Source of the DNA: a virus
DNA length: 64,000 nt
Direction: 5' to 3' (one strand)
Virus record (IMG/VR): IMGVR_UViG_3300045988_010345
Under the pieces are notes generated by a model. It ran no database searches, was not told the origin of the DNA, and saw only the letters and a program-made list of their open reading frames with translations. Shown here piece after piece: positions 9,249 to 16,717 of this stretch. Each line of letters starts with the position of its first letter. The stretch's first letter is position 1. Made by a program: the position numbers and the translations under genes.

Positions 9249-9806
9249 CTATTCTGGTTTAGGACGACATACTACATACTTAAATCTTGAACAAATTCCT
9301 TTCCATTTCCTGTAATCATCACATGAGTTCTTCTTTAATGCTTCTGCATTAATGGGGTTACTTACACAAAGCATATCATACTTATTAATAGGAGTATATG
9401 CTGCACTAATAAAGTACATATCTAATTCCTGTATAATTCCCCTAATGGTTTCACCTGATGCTATAAAGTCATCCACAACTATAAACCTTGTAGTACCAAT
9501 TTCATCAATTCCCTTTAATGAACAACAATGAGCACTTACATCTTCCTCCTTCCTGACAATCAGGATATAAGTCTTAGTAGTTGGATTAATGTTGTTTAAC
9601 TGATTGAGTATAGCACCTGCAATCATGGCTCCTGATGTGCCCCTTGCTACAAAAGTAATGCTTGTACCTTCTTCAATATCTTCTTTATATGTATTGAAGA
9701 TTGCTTCTGCACATTGTTGTATGTAGCTATGCTTCCAATGAATACCAAATGGATATACTACATTAATGAAATGGTCAAGATGTATAAATTTAGGAACATA
9801 TCCCAT
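9249..9806 (-). CDS. phosphoribosyltransferase (type I PRTase) domain protein
   Basis: RFIVVDDFIASGETI is a near match to the PRPP-binding signature of type I PRTases. An upstream GTSG loop is present; 185 aa. Confidence 0.6.
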   Translation of the reverse strand: MGYVPKFIHLDHFINVVYPFGIHWKHSYIQQCAEAIFNTYKEDIEEGTSITFVARGTSGAMIAGAILNQLNNINPTTKTYILIVRKEEDVSAHCCSLKGIDEIGTTRFIVVDDFIASGETIRGIIQELDMYFISAAYTPINKYDMLCVSNPINAEALKKNSCDDYRKWKGICSRFKYVVCRPKPE

Positions 9807-9840
9807 AGTTTCTTAGTTTTATCCCACTTAACAACAGATT

Positions 9841-9882
9841 ATAAAAAAGAAGGACAAGGGTATTATTAGTACCCCTGCCCTT
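9841..9882 (-). terminator. intrinsic terminator after gene 9902..10336
   Basis: On the minus strand, an imperfect 13-nt stem (AAGGGCAGGGGTA / TACCCTTGTCCTT, 11 of 13 positions complementary) with a 7-nt loop is followed by CTTTTTTAT. Confidence 0.6.
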
Positions 9883-9901
9883 ACTACGAGAATACTCCCA
9901 T

Positions 9902-10336
9902 TTAGTCCTCAAACACCTGATAGGTATATGATATACCTCCAAGATGTTCTACTGTCCTCTGCAAATGAGCTTCAAGTCTTTCCTTTTCACTCATTGCAGC
10001 CCACTTGCCAGGCTTAGACCATGAAGGACAAGAATTCTTGTCAATCATGTACTCATAAGCCTCCTTGTTCATGTTCAAGGACTGTGTAGCTGATTTACAC
10101 TTTCTTGTATGGAAAGTGATAATTTCTGGATTGGTACCATCCTTGCTAGTCACTCTCATAGTGTGCTTCTCCATCTTGTCCCAATCCTCTACTTTTGCCT
10201 CAATGGTTTTCTTGTAGATTTTACCAGCTTTGGTCTTCTTCTCAATCACTTTGTGAGTTGTTTTAAGGCACTCCTCCTTGCTGAACATTGTGCTTCCTCG
10301 AAGCTCAATACTCAGACTTAACTTGATTTCATTCAT
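9902..10336 (-). CDS. hypothetical protein
   Basis: 144-aa ORF followed by a terminator. Confidence 0.65.
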   Translation of the reverse strand: MNEIKLSLSIELRGSTMFSKEECLKTTHKVIEKKTKAGKIYKKTIEAKVEDWDKMEKHTMRVTSKDGTNPEIITFHTRKCKSATQSLNMNKEAYEYMIDKNSCPSWSKPGKWAAMSEKERLEAHLQRTVEHLGGISYTYQVFED

Positions 10337-10341
10337 GTTTA

Positions 10342-10704
10342 TTAATCCTCTTTAGATTCTTTCTCCATAATTGCAGCAAGCATAAGGGCAGCTGCTGCAT
10401 CTCTTGCTGTAGCGTCTCCTTTATCTGCTTTTTCTTTCAACTCTTCCATCATTTTAATGCGAAGAGTATACTTTAGGGCTTCAATAGTACCCACCAACTC
10501 TCTTGCATTGAGGAATATTGCACTTGTTACAATCACCTCAATAGGTGCTTGCGCTGTCTTGCCTTTGTAGCTTTCTACCAAGTTTTCAACAAGTTCAACA
10601 TTGGTTAAACTACCATCTCTGCCACCTTTAATGGCTTCCGCAGCATTTTTAAAATGCTTCTGTTCCAGATTTCTTTCCAGAACCTTTTCTTCATTCTTTT
10701 CCAT
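10342..10704 (-). CDS. hypothetical helical protein
   Basis: 120-aa Ala/Glu/Lys-rich ORF. Confidence 0.6.
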   Translation of the reverse strand: MEKNEEKVLERNLEQKHFKNAAEAIKGGRDGSLTNVELVENLVESYKGKTAQAPIEVIVTSAIFLNARELVGTIEALKYTLRIKMMEELKEKADKGDATARDAAAALMLAAIMEKESKED

Positions 10705-10719
10705 CTTTAATTATTTTAG

Positions 10720-10995
10720 TTATTCATGTAAATGTTCTAAGTAATCCTTATCTAAGTCAGGATGTTTGTGTATTAGGAATCTGCAACTTATACACACTGC
10801 CAAATGAGCTACACCTTCTGCTGCTATAATTCCTATTACAATATCCTGCCATTTAGGAAGGGAATCTCGGCTTGTCAAGAAGAGTATAAGGATAAGCATG
10901 GTTATCCAAAAAGTACTACAATAGATGCAGAATCCCAATGGATATGCTATAAAATGTAAGAACCTATTGCCACTTTTAACCATAGGTACAAACAC
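10720..10995 (-). CDS. membrane protein (about 3 TM)
   Basis: 91 aa with multiple hydrophobic segments. Confidence 0.55.
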   Translation of the reverse strand: MFVPMVKSGNRFLHFIAYPLGFCIYCSTFWITMLILILFLTSRDSLPKWQDIVIGIIAAEGVAHLAVCISCRFLIHKHPDLDKDYLEHLHE

Positions 10996-11276
10996 TACTG
11001 TATATTAAGTAACTTAGCAATTCTTTGAAAAGCCCTTTCTTCATACTTTCTGTCCTCAGGGTAATTTATTGCATCTTTGTACCATTCTTCATAGCACTCC
11101 TTATCCATAGTATCATTTAATACTACAGGGTAGTAGATGTCTCCTAATATAGGATTATTACATTGCATACAGATACAATCTCCAGAGCCTGATATACCCC
11201 AACCCAGTTTACCTGCTTCATCTACTGACAATTTGATTACCTTGAACCCTTTGTCATTCTTAACTAACTTTGCCAT
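10995..11276 (-). CDS. hypothetical protein with Cys cluster
   Basis: 93 aa with GDCICMQCNNP; stop/start overlap with the downstream gene. Confidence 0.6.
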   Translation of the reverse strand: MAKLVKNDKGFKVIKLSVDEAGKLGWGISGSGDCICMQCNNPILGDIYYPVVLNDTMDKECYEEWYKDAINYPEDRKYEERAFQRIAKLLNIQ

Positions 11277-11306
11277 AAAAAGAAATTATTATTAAAATAC
11301 TTATTG

Positions 11307-11349
11307 TGGAGCATAGGGGGCTCGAACCCCTATAAACCAAAAATGCCCC
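11307..11349 (-). ncRNA. tRNA-Ala-like minihelix (acceptor stem plus T-arm only, no D or anticodon arm)
   Basis: Minus-strand RNA is GGGGCAU-UUUUGGUUUAU-AGGGG-UUCGAGC-CCCCU-AUGCUCC-A. It has a 7-bp acceptor stem with G3:U70 and discriminator A73, and a canonical T-arm. The 5' acceptor strand lies only 11 nt from the T-arm. Confidence 0.55.
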
Positions 11350-11561
11350 TTATTTGGATTCATTTCTTATTGAAAGAATGTCCTAACAAAGTCAAATATT
11401 GTTTTCTCTTGAAACATCATTATTAAAGTCACGTAGCTTCCTCTTTATATCCCCACATTGAAGCAGTTGCATTTATTAAGTGGTAATAGCTTACCTATTA
11501 GCATCCTTTCTATACACATTTTGGAAGTCTTTATGAAAGAAAAACAGTAGTTGACTTATAG

Positions 11562-11633
11562 TATCTCCACTGAGACTCGAACTCAGATATATAGTTTAGG
11601 AAACTATTGTTCTATCCCTTGAACTATGGAGAC
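11562..11633 (-). tRNA. tRNA-Arg (anticodon CCT)
   Basis: Manual cloverleaf: acceptor GTCTCCA/TGGAGAT, anticodon stem ATAGT/ACTAT, loop TTCCTAA, T-arm CTGAG-TTCGAGT-CTCAG. Confidence 0.85.
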
Positions 11634-11674
11634 ATTACAAAAGAAGACCTATATTCACATACCAGTCTCTTGTA

Positions 11675-11689
11675 GTGACAATATGTCAC
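11675..11689. promoter_or_regulatory. perfect palindrome GTGACAATATGTCAC (possible operator)
   Basis: 15-nt perfect palindrome between two tRNAs. Its core TGACAATATGTCA recurs at 18509-18521. Confidence 0.3.
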
Positions 11690-11749
11690 TCGAATTAAAA
11701 ATCCTTTACCTAAAACAATCAAATTACCTTATATGAGTAAATACCTTAG

Positions 11750-11822
11750 TACCCCCTATGGAACTTGAATCCATGACCCACAGATTAAAAATCTGTTGCT
11801 CTACCAACTGAGCTAAGGGAGC
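11750..11822 (-). tRNA. tRNA-Lys (anticodon TTT)
   Basis: Acceptor GCTCCCT/AGGGGGT, D-arm GCTC-AGTTGGTA-GAGC, anticodon stem ACAGA/TCTGT, loop TTTTTAA, T-arm ATGGA-TTCAAGT-TCCAT. Confidence 0.85.
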
Positions 11823-11873
11823 AACTACTTCTACCATAGACAGTAGAAATAAACTACCATACTTATGCCATAA

Positions 11874-12296
11874 CTACTCCTCCACCTTTACACCGAAAGG
11901 AGTACCATCAGCGAATGTAAATCCATTGAATATATTATCAAACTTACCACCTGGACGAATTACCACACCACTGTCTGCTGAGCCATAACTTGCAAAACAT
12001 GCGAGAGCTTCATTGTTTTCAGAGATACAAGCCAAAAGTTCATAGGACGGCTTATTACCTTTTCTTTTTACCCAACCAAACGGTTGATGTTTTTGCATTT
12101 CTTGCCAACATTCATCTGCATCCTTAAAGGGGCGATACTCAGGACCTGGTTTTATGCGAAAGTCTTCATGAAACCCAGGAGTTAATACATTTCCACAATT
12201 AACCCAATTTCCATAACGATTTTTAAATTCTACTGTTTTACCTTCTGCAAATGCCTGTATTATAGGCAGCAAGTCTTTAGCTTCAGTTCTATTCAT
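11874..12296 (-). CDS. hypothetical protein
   Basis: Track ORF runs to 12389, but the ATG at 12296 (MNRTEAKDLLPI...) avoids overlapping the upstream gene; 140 aa. Confidence 0.6.
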   Translation of the reverse strand: MNRTEAKDLLPIIQAFAEGKTVEFKNRYGNWVNCGNVLTPGFHEDFRIKPGPEYRPFKDADECWQEMQKHQPFGWVKRKGNKPSYELLACISENNEALACFASYGSADSGVVIRPGGKFDNIFNGFTFADGTPFGVKVEE

Positions 12297-12357
12297 AATT
12301 ATAATTATTTTAATTGTATTTAAGGGAAATACCTGTAAAGGTATCTCCCTAAGTTTT

Positions 12358-12552
12358 TTAATCATTCCACATGTAAGCTTCATACTCACATGTTAATTCT
12401 CTTTCAGTCAGTTTTGCATCTTCAAGGTATGTCTTTAGAAATAAAGAACAATCATCAAAGCTATTGATATTATCTTCAAATTCTATACATAACCATTGTT
12501 CACAATATCTTACTGCTGCTTGCTGTCTTGCAGTTGATTTTCTTATTCTCAT
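12358..12552 (-). CDS. hypothetical small protein
   Basis: 64 aa; 4-nt overlap with the upstream gene. Confidence 0.5.
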   Translation of the reverse strand: MRIRKSTARQQAAVRYCEQWLCIEFEDNINSFDDCSLFLKTYLEDAKLTERELTCEYEAYMWND

Positions 12553-12857
12553 AGTCCCAAGAATTTCTTTATTCTAGTCCATAGTGTACTCTTTTCAGGC
12601 TTTAATAAAGCATTACCACTATTCTTTCTGTTTTTATATGTAGATTTTGAACCTATTGATATAAAGGAAATACCTACTTTAGTAGGATTATTCTTAGGTG
12701 ATAGTACTAAATACCAATGTTGTGAACAAGCTTTATAAGTTCTGTTTAAGTTCTTACTGGCTTCTTTAATAGCATCTGAAATATTATGAGGATTAGCTGC
12801 AATAGCCTGAACTAGAATTTTATTCTCCTCATCAGTCCATTTTACTCCTTTTGCCAT
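12549..12857 (-). CDS. Myb/SANT-like DNA-binding protein
   Basis: The ATG at 12857 gives MAKGVKWTDEENKILVQAI...CSQHWYLVL, with Trp spacing and a W-[ST]-x-EE-D/N start typical of Myb/SANT repeats. The track start at 12881 is a TTG. Confidence 0.45.
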   Translation of the reverse strand: MAKGVKWTDEENKILVQAIAANPHNISDAIKEASKNLNRTYKACSQHWYLVLSPKNNPTKVGISFISIGSKSTYKNRKNSGNALLKPEKSTLWTRIKKFLGL

Positions 12858-12868
12858 TTTTTTTTGTG

Positions 12869-12898
12869 TTATGAATACCAAATCTCAGGAATTTCCAT
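12869..12898 (-). CDS. conserved 9-codon mini-ORF MEIPEIWYS (copy 1)
   Basis: ATGGAAATTCCTGAGATTTGGTATTCATAA on the minus strand. It sits 9 nt after the stop of gene 12908..13396 and 11 nt before the ATG of the Myb-like gene. The identical peptide is encoded at 14736..14765 with synonymous codons. Confidence 0.55.
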   Translation of the reverse strand: MEIPEIWYS

Positions 12899-12907
12899 AT
12901 CTTATTT

Positions 12908-13396
12908 TTATTTACAAAGTGTATCAAGAATGTCTCTAAAGTTAGGATTATCAATTACTGCTTGAGCATCTTTAGCATACATAAACATAGCAGCCATCCC
13001 TGCTGGTTCAAAAGGAGAATTATCCAAGTCTTCTACAAAATATACATCTTTTAATTTATCATAGCCGATATAATAACCTACCCTCATATATTGTTTACCA
13101 TTATAATAATAAGCAATATTCATAAGCTTATTCAATGCAAGAAGTCTTTCTAGCTGTTTTCTATTTGGGGCGTTGTTTGGTTCTTCAAGAACTTCACCAA
13201 TATAATTATTTATAATATCTCCATCGGTATTTGTGTAATAACCTTCATTATTTGGAAATAAGCTCTTGCAAACATTTTTGTAAGTAAGATTACTAATATC
13301 TTTCTTAGACTTAAACTTGATACACTCAAATGTAGAATTTTCCTTATCTATTTCATAGCCTTTAGGGACATTTATTTTTATTTCTTTTGTTCTCAT
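12908..13396 (-). CDS. hypothetical protein
   Basis: 162-aa ORF. Confidence 0.65.
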   Translation of the reverse strand: MRTKEIKINVPKGYEIDKENSTFECIKFKSKKDISNLTYKNVCKSLFPNNEGYYTNTDGDIINNYIGEVLEEPNNAPNRKQLERLLALNKLMNIAYYYNGKQYMRVGYYIGYDKLKDVYFVEDLDNSPFEPAGMAAMFMYAKDAQAVIDNPNFRDILDTLCK

Positions 13397-13405
13397 ATTT
13401 TATAT

Positions 13406-13486
13406 TTATTTAAGAAGATAATCAAAAAGCATATAAAATAGTATGAATACTATAATGATTAGAATGAAAAAAGTTAATAATATCAT
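13406..13486 (-). CDS. possible 26-aa hydrophobic peptide
   Basis: MILLTFFILIIIVFILFYMLFDYLLK fills the otherwise empty gap between two genes. It is below the ORF-track size cutoff. Confidence 0.3.
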   Translation of the reverse strand: MILLTFFILIIIVFILFYMLFDYLLK

Positions 13487-13530
13487 ATGAATTTACTTTA
13501 GATATAAAGTAGGACAAAAGTCCTACTTTA

Positions 13531-14208
13531 TCATGGATTATTTGTAGTATTTACAAGATGTTCATTTCCTTCAAAAGGAATACACGTGGCATAGGCACAA
13601 TTAGTAGTAACATGACAGTATGCACTACGAGGTTCAAAATGAGAGTAGAAAGCGCATCTCCATTTTTGGGTCTCATTATCTCGTACAAGTACTTTCTCAA
13701 AAGGTTTAAATTGATATTCTTTCTTTTTTAAAGTTTCACCATCCCATGTATAACCTGCTTCATTTATGGCATTGAAAAGTTTCTTTTTCATGTCTTCTGA
13801 AGCTGGAATATAATCAATATTATATACATGTGTATTAAGTTTAAAGTTAGAATTTCTATCAACATATGTTATAGTACGTACATAACCATTTTCCATAGTA
13901 TCTACTATAAATACTCCAGATTTATCATCAAACATCATAATATCACCTCTTTTGGCAGGTATTTGGAATGCATCCCAATTTCTTTGGTCTTTTGATGGAA
14001 AAAGCATACATTCTGAATTTGGAAACTCACAATAGAATCTTCCAAAACAAGTAAAGGCTGCTGTTGTAATGTTCCCATTATCCTTTGTGACTCTACAAAA
14101 TATGTCATTGCTACTTGATATTTTTTTGAATGTTACCTCTCCAAATATAGGAGAATAAAGCTTTGTTCCTTCTGGACAATACTTTAAAATGTTTGCTAAA
14201 TTTGTCAT
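13531..14208 (-). CDS. hypothetical protein
   Basis: 225-aa ORF followed by the hairpin AAAGTAGGAC-AAAA-GTCCTACTTT (13506-13529). Confidence 0.65.
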   Translation of the reverse strand: MTNLANILKYCPEGTKLYSPIFGEVTFKKISSSNDIFCRVTKDNGNITTAAFTCFGRFYCEFPNSECMLFPSKDQRNWDAFQIPAKRGDIMMFDDKSGVFIVDTMENGYVRTITYVDRNSNFKLNTHVYNIDYIPASEDMKKKLFNAINEAGYTWDGETLKKKEYQFKPFEKVLVRDNETQKWRCAFYSHFEPRSAYCHVTTNCAYATCIPFEGNEHLVNTTNNP

Positions 14209-14302
14209 AATAATTTATTTATAGTCCTCCTACAGAATACTCTATAGGAGGAATTGTTAGTTACTTGTATATAATCTCTGTTTTACCTTCATACAAAGGT
14301 AA

Positions 14303-14581
14303 TTAAACACACCAACCACATCTGCCTACATGTAGTTTATTTTCTAGTTCATCGCAGATGCTATAATATTCTTCCTCTGTGATATTGTATTTGCGTAATA
14401 CTATCTCTGTTGGAGGCTCTGGCTCAAAGTGCATATTACTACAGCCATAAGCGTCTTCTTCTTCTCCTTCTTTATTGTCAAGAGTATCACCAAAATCAAT
14501 ACTACTAGCCTCTTTACCATTGATAGTAAATGTTTCTAATTCACAAGGTAAAGCATCATAAGGTTCAATAACTAGTTCCAT
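14303..14581 (-). CDS. small highly acidic protein
   Basis: 92 aa, rich in D/E (EGEEEDAY, EPEPPTE), with a C-terminal CGWC. Confidence 0.6.
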   Translation of the reverse strand: MELVIEPYDALPCELETFTINGKEASSIDFGDTLDNKEGEEEDAYGCSNMHFEPEPPTEIVLRKYNITEEEYYSICDELENKLHVGRCGWCV

Positions 14582-14607
14582 ATTTTTATTTTATTTAAAT
14601 ATTATAA

Positions 14608-14701
14608 ATGACCTTCATGACCAGTATTGTGCTGGGGCTAAGAAGGTATATGGGCATTAAGCCTTGACTTACTTTCGCTCATTCTGTGTCATGAAGGTCA
14701 T
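14608..14701. repeat. 14-bp perfect inverted repeat enclosing a 66-nt GC-richer loop (structured RNA candidate)
   Basis: ATGACCTTCATGAC (14608-14621) pairs with GTCATGAAGGTCAT (14688-14701) inside a 200-nt intergenic gap on the minus-strand transcript. Confidence 0.5.
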
Positions 14702-14735
14702 ATTATTCAAGTACTAGGTTAAACGCTTGGCTTTT

Positions 14736-14765
14736 CTAACTATACCAAATTTCTGGGATTTCCAT
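14736..14765 (-). CDS. conserved 9-codon mini-ORF MEIPEIWYS (copy 2)
   Basis: ATGGAAATCCCAGAAATTTGGTATAGTTAG on the minus strand. The peptide is the same as copy 1, with ATC/ATT, CCA/CCT, GAA/GAG and AGT/TCA codon differences and a different stop codon. Confidence 0.55.
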   Translation of the reverse strand: MEIPEIWYS

Positions 14766-14784
14766 AATTATACAATTTAGTATC

Positions 14785-15543
14785 TTAATCAAACAAGTTT
14801 TTTACTCTATTACCAAGAATCTCAACTGCTTTTATCGCATCTTTTTTATCCTTAAAGTATATAACTCCTGCATGTTGTACACTGCAATGCTGATATATAT
14901 CTACACCATTGCAAGTACAAACTACATTATTGCATCTACTACAATTACTAATGAAATATCCTGTATTGCTTATGGTTTTCTTCCAAGAGCCATTGAAGAA
15001 CTTAGCAATGACTGCCAAGTCTACAAGTGTATTATACTTCTCTGCTTCATCAACAGGGACATTGGCACAGAAGCATGTATTGCATACTTTACTGTTGATG
15101 TATTTGAAGTCGAGCTTCAATTCATCCTCAGTATATGCACTCAGTGCTAATGTACGCAATGTACTATCACCACTATTATACCACTTCATTGCCTGTTCAA
15201 GTGTTACCTTAATGTTTCTTTCCTCTTCCATGTTATCTGTTCTTTGTTTGTCAATGTCAAAATCACTTCCTGCTAAGCTGCCATTAACTAATCCAGCAGG
15301 CTGCTTGATAACTTGTCCATTTACCTTGGTAATATAGATGTCTACTAATGTCATTCCTTGTTGAACTCTATCAGTATCACAAGTAACCTCTACTACCATC
15401 ATCTTACCAGTGTATCTTGGGTCTTCTATTATATCATAGAGATGTATAGTATTATAGTTACACAAGAATTTATACTTCTTGTAAGAAGACATCTCATTGA
15501 GAAATACAGTTTTTTCTGTGAAAATTACAGTTATTGTTCGCAT
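14785..15543 (-). CDS. hypothetical Cys-rich protein
   Basis: 252 aa; the C-terminal half carries many Cys (CNTCFC..., CSRCNNVVCTCNG...HC). Confidence 0.65.
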   Translation of the reverse strand: MRTITVIFTEKTVFLNEMSSYKKYKFLCNYNTIHLYDIIEDPRYTGKMMVVEVTCDTDRVQQGMTLVDIYITKVNGQVIKQPAGLVNGSLAGSDFDIDKQRTDNMEEERNIKVTLEQAMKWYNSGDSTLRTLALSAYTEDELKLDFKYINSKVCNTCFCANVPVDEAEKYNTLVDLAVIAKFFNGSWKKTISNTGYFISNCSRCNNVVCTCNGVDIYQHCSVQHAGVIYFKDKKDAIKAVEILGNRVKNLFD

Positions 15544-15577
15544 GGCTTTTCTCCTATTATTTTTTTTTGTTTAATAG

Positions 15578-15679
15578 TTATTTGTTTAATTGTTCATTAG
15601 TACTTTTGGCATATTCTATCAATAAATATATGAATAGAATGCCAAGAATTTGTGCAAGGATGAATAGTATTATTTCCAT
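15578..15679 (-). CDS. possible 33-aa single-TM peptide
   Basis: MEIILFILAQILGILFIYLLIEYAKSTNEQLNK. Its ATG overlaps the stop of the upstream gene (ATGGAAATAA), and it fills the 15544-15669 gap. Confidence 0.35.
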   Translation of the reverse strand: MEIILFILAQILGILFIYLLIEYAKSTNEQLNK

Positions 15680-15903
15680 ATTATAGTTATTTCCTTTTCA
15701 AATCTTGCTACTTCACTTGAAGTAATAGCCATCAAGTTGCCAAACACTTTAACATATGCCTGTTTCTTAATGACTATTTCTTTCTTTGTTACCATCTTCA
15801 TGAATACTTCATGATTCTCCTCCAACATATTCATGTGTAGTTTCTTTGAGAGTATATAGTTATCTGAACTACATACTCTTGTTGTCTTGAATCTTCCTCT
15901 CAT
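15670..15903 (-). CDS. hypothetical protein
   Basis: 77-aa ORF. Confidence 0.55.
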   Translation of the reverse strand: MRGRFKTTRVCSSDNYILSKKLHMNMLEENHEVFMKMVTKKEIVIKKQAYVKVFGNLMAITSSEVARFEKEITIIWK

Positions 15904-15917
15904 ATTCTTGTATTTTG

Positions 15918-16094
15918 TTATGTGAATAGTGCAATTAAATCATCAAAAGTATATTCAACCTTATTTAAATCCAACGACTTAACAGGTTGAATAACTTTTG
16001 ATTCTTCTTCATGGTATTTACTTACAACTATACTAACTTCTTCATCTAATAAAGAGTTATTTATGGCAAATATATATAGTTCTTTTATAGTCAT
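15918..16094 (-). CDS. hypothetical small acidic protein
   Basis: 58-aa ORF (MTIKELYIFAINNSLLDEE...), below the track cutoff; it fills the 15904-16126 gap. Confidence 0.45.
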   Translation of the reverse strand: MTIKELYIFAINNSLLDEEVSIVVSKYHEEESKVIQPVKSLDLNKVEYTFDDLIALFT

Positions 16095-16126
16095 AATTTA
16101 TACCTAGGTTGTGGGTATATTAATTA

Positions 16127-16417
16127 TCAAACTAAGTTTTTGTAATTAATACCATCAAAAGAAAATACATGAGTTTCTTTAGTACTCACTGTGTAATCTT
16201 CTAGATATTTTAATTCTGTCTTTTGTTGATACTCTTTAGGTGTAATAGTATTAAAGACATCCTTAATACTATTTTCATCAAGATAACCTTTAAAAGTAAA
16301 ACAAACTCCTCCTGCATCATCCATATAAATATCATCTAAAGGATATTTATTAGATACTTTAGTCGCCACTTCTCTTAGAAATGGAAACTTAATTTTTTGA
16401 ACATTGCGAAATATCAT
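16127..16417 (-). CDS. hypothetical protein
   Basis: 96-aa ORF. Confidence 0.6.
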   Translation of the reverse strand: MIFRNVQKIKFPFLREVATKVSNKYPLDDIYMDDAGGVCFTFKGYLDENSIKDVFNTITPKEYQQKTELKYLEDYTVSTKETHVFSFDGINYKNLV

Positions 16418-16444
16418 ATTTTTATTTTAATATTATATTATTAG

Positions 16445-16517
16445 TGCATCCAGTGAGACTCGAACTCACAACACTTGGTTTAGAAGACCAATGCTCTGTC
16501 CATTGAGCTATGGATGC
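16445..16517 (-). tRNA. tRNA-Arg (anticodon TCT)
   Basis: Acceptor GCATCCA/TGGATGC, anticodon stem TTGGT/ACCAA, loop CTTCTAA, T-arm GTGAG-TTCGAGT-CTCAC. Confidence 0.85.
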
Positions 16518-16524
16518 TTTGTTG

Positions 16525-16698
16525 TTACATATCTTGTAAATGTATACTAGACCAACTAATGGCTTTACCATTTATATAAACTCCACAGTCAGTTAGTTCT
16601 AGAATATCTATGTCATCTTTAGAGATGTTTGTTTTATTCTCTTTGTTATAGCCTTCTATGATAGCTTCTAACAGGGTTTCACTTAAAAATACTTTCAT
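16525..16698 (-). CDS. hypothetical small protein
   Basis: The track ORF starts with TTG at 16725, inside the tRNA. The first ATG at 16698 gives 57 aa (MKVFLSETLLEAI...). Confidence 0.5.
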   Translation of the reverse strand: MKVFLSETLLEAIIEGYNKENKTNISKDDIDILELTDCGVYINGKAISWSSIHLQDM

Positions 16699-16717
16699 AA
16701 TCTTGTTAAACTTAAAG

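Noticed and set aside
11307-11561. An intron-containing or split tRNA spanning the 250-nt gap between the T-arm at 11307 and tRNA-Arg at 11562.
   Set aside because: The complementary 5' acceptor strand GGGGCAT lies only 11 nt from the T-arm, so the element closes on itself as a minihelix. I found no D-arm or anticodon arm, and no second acceptor strand further upstream.
14294-14301. A minus-strand TACCTTTG box that could be a host-type promoter for gene 13531..14208.
   Set aside because: There is no TTG element at the expected 20-nt spacing, and the box abuts the stop codon of the upstream gene, extending 1 nt short of it. It was kept out of the feature list because it may be a chance match.
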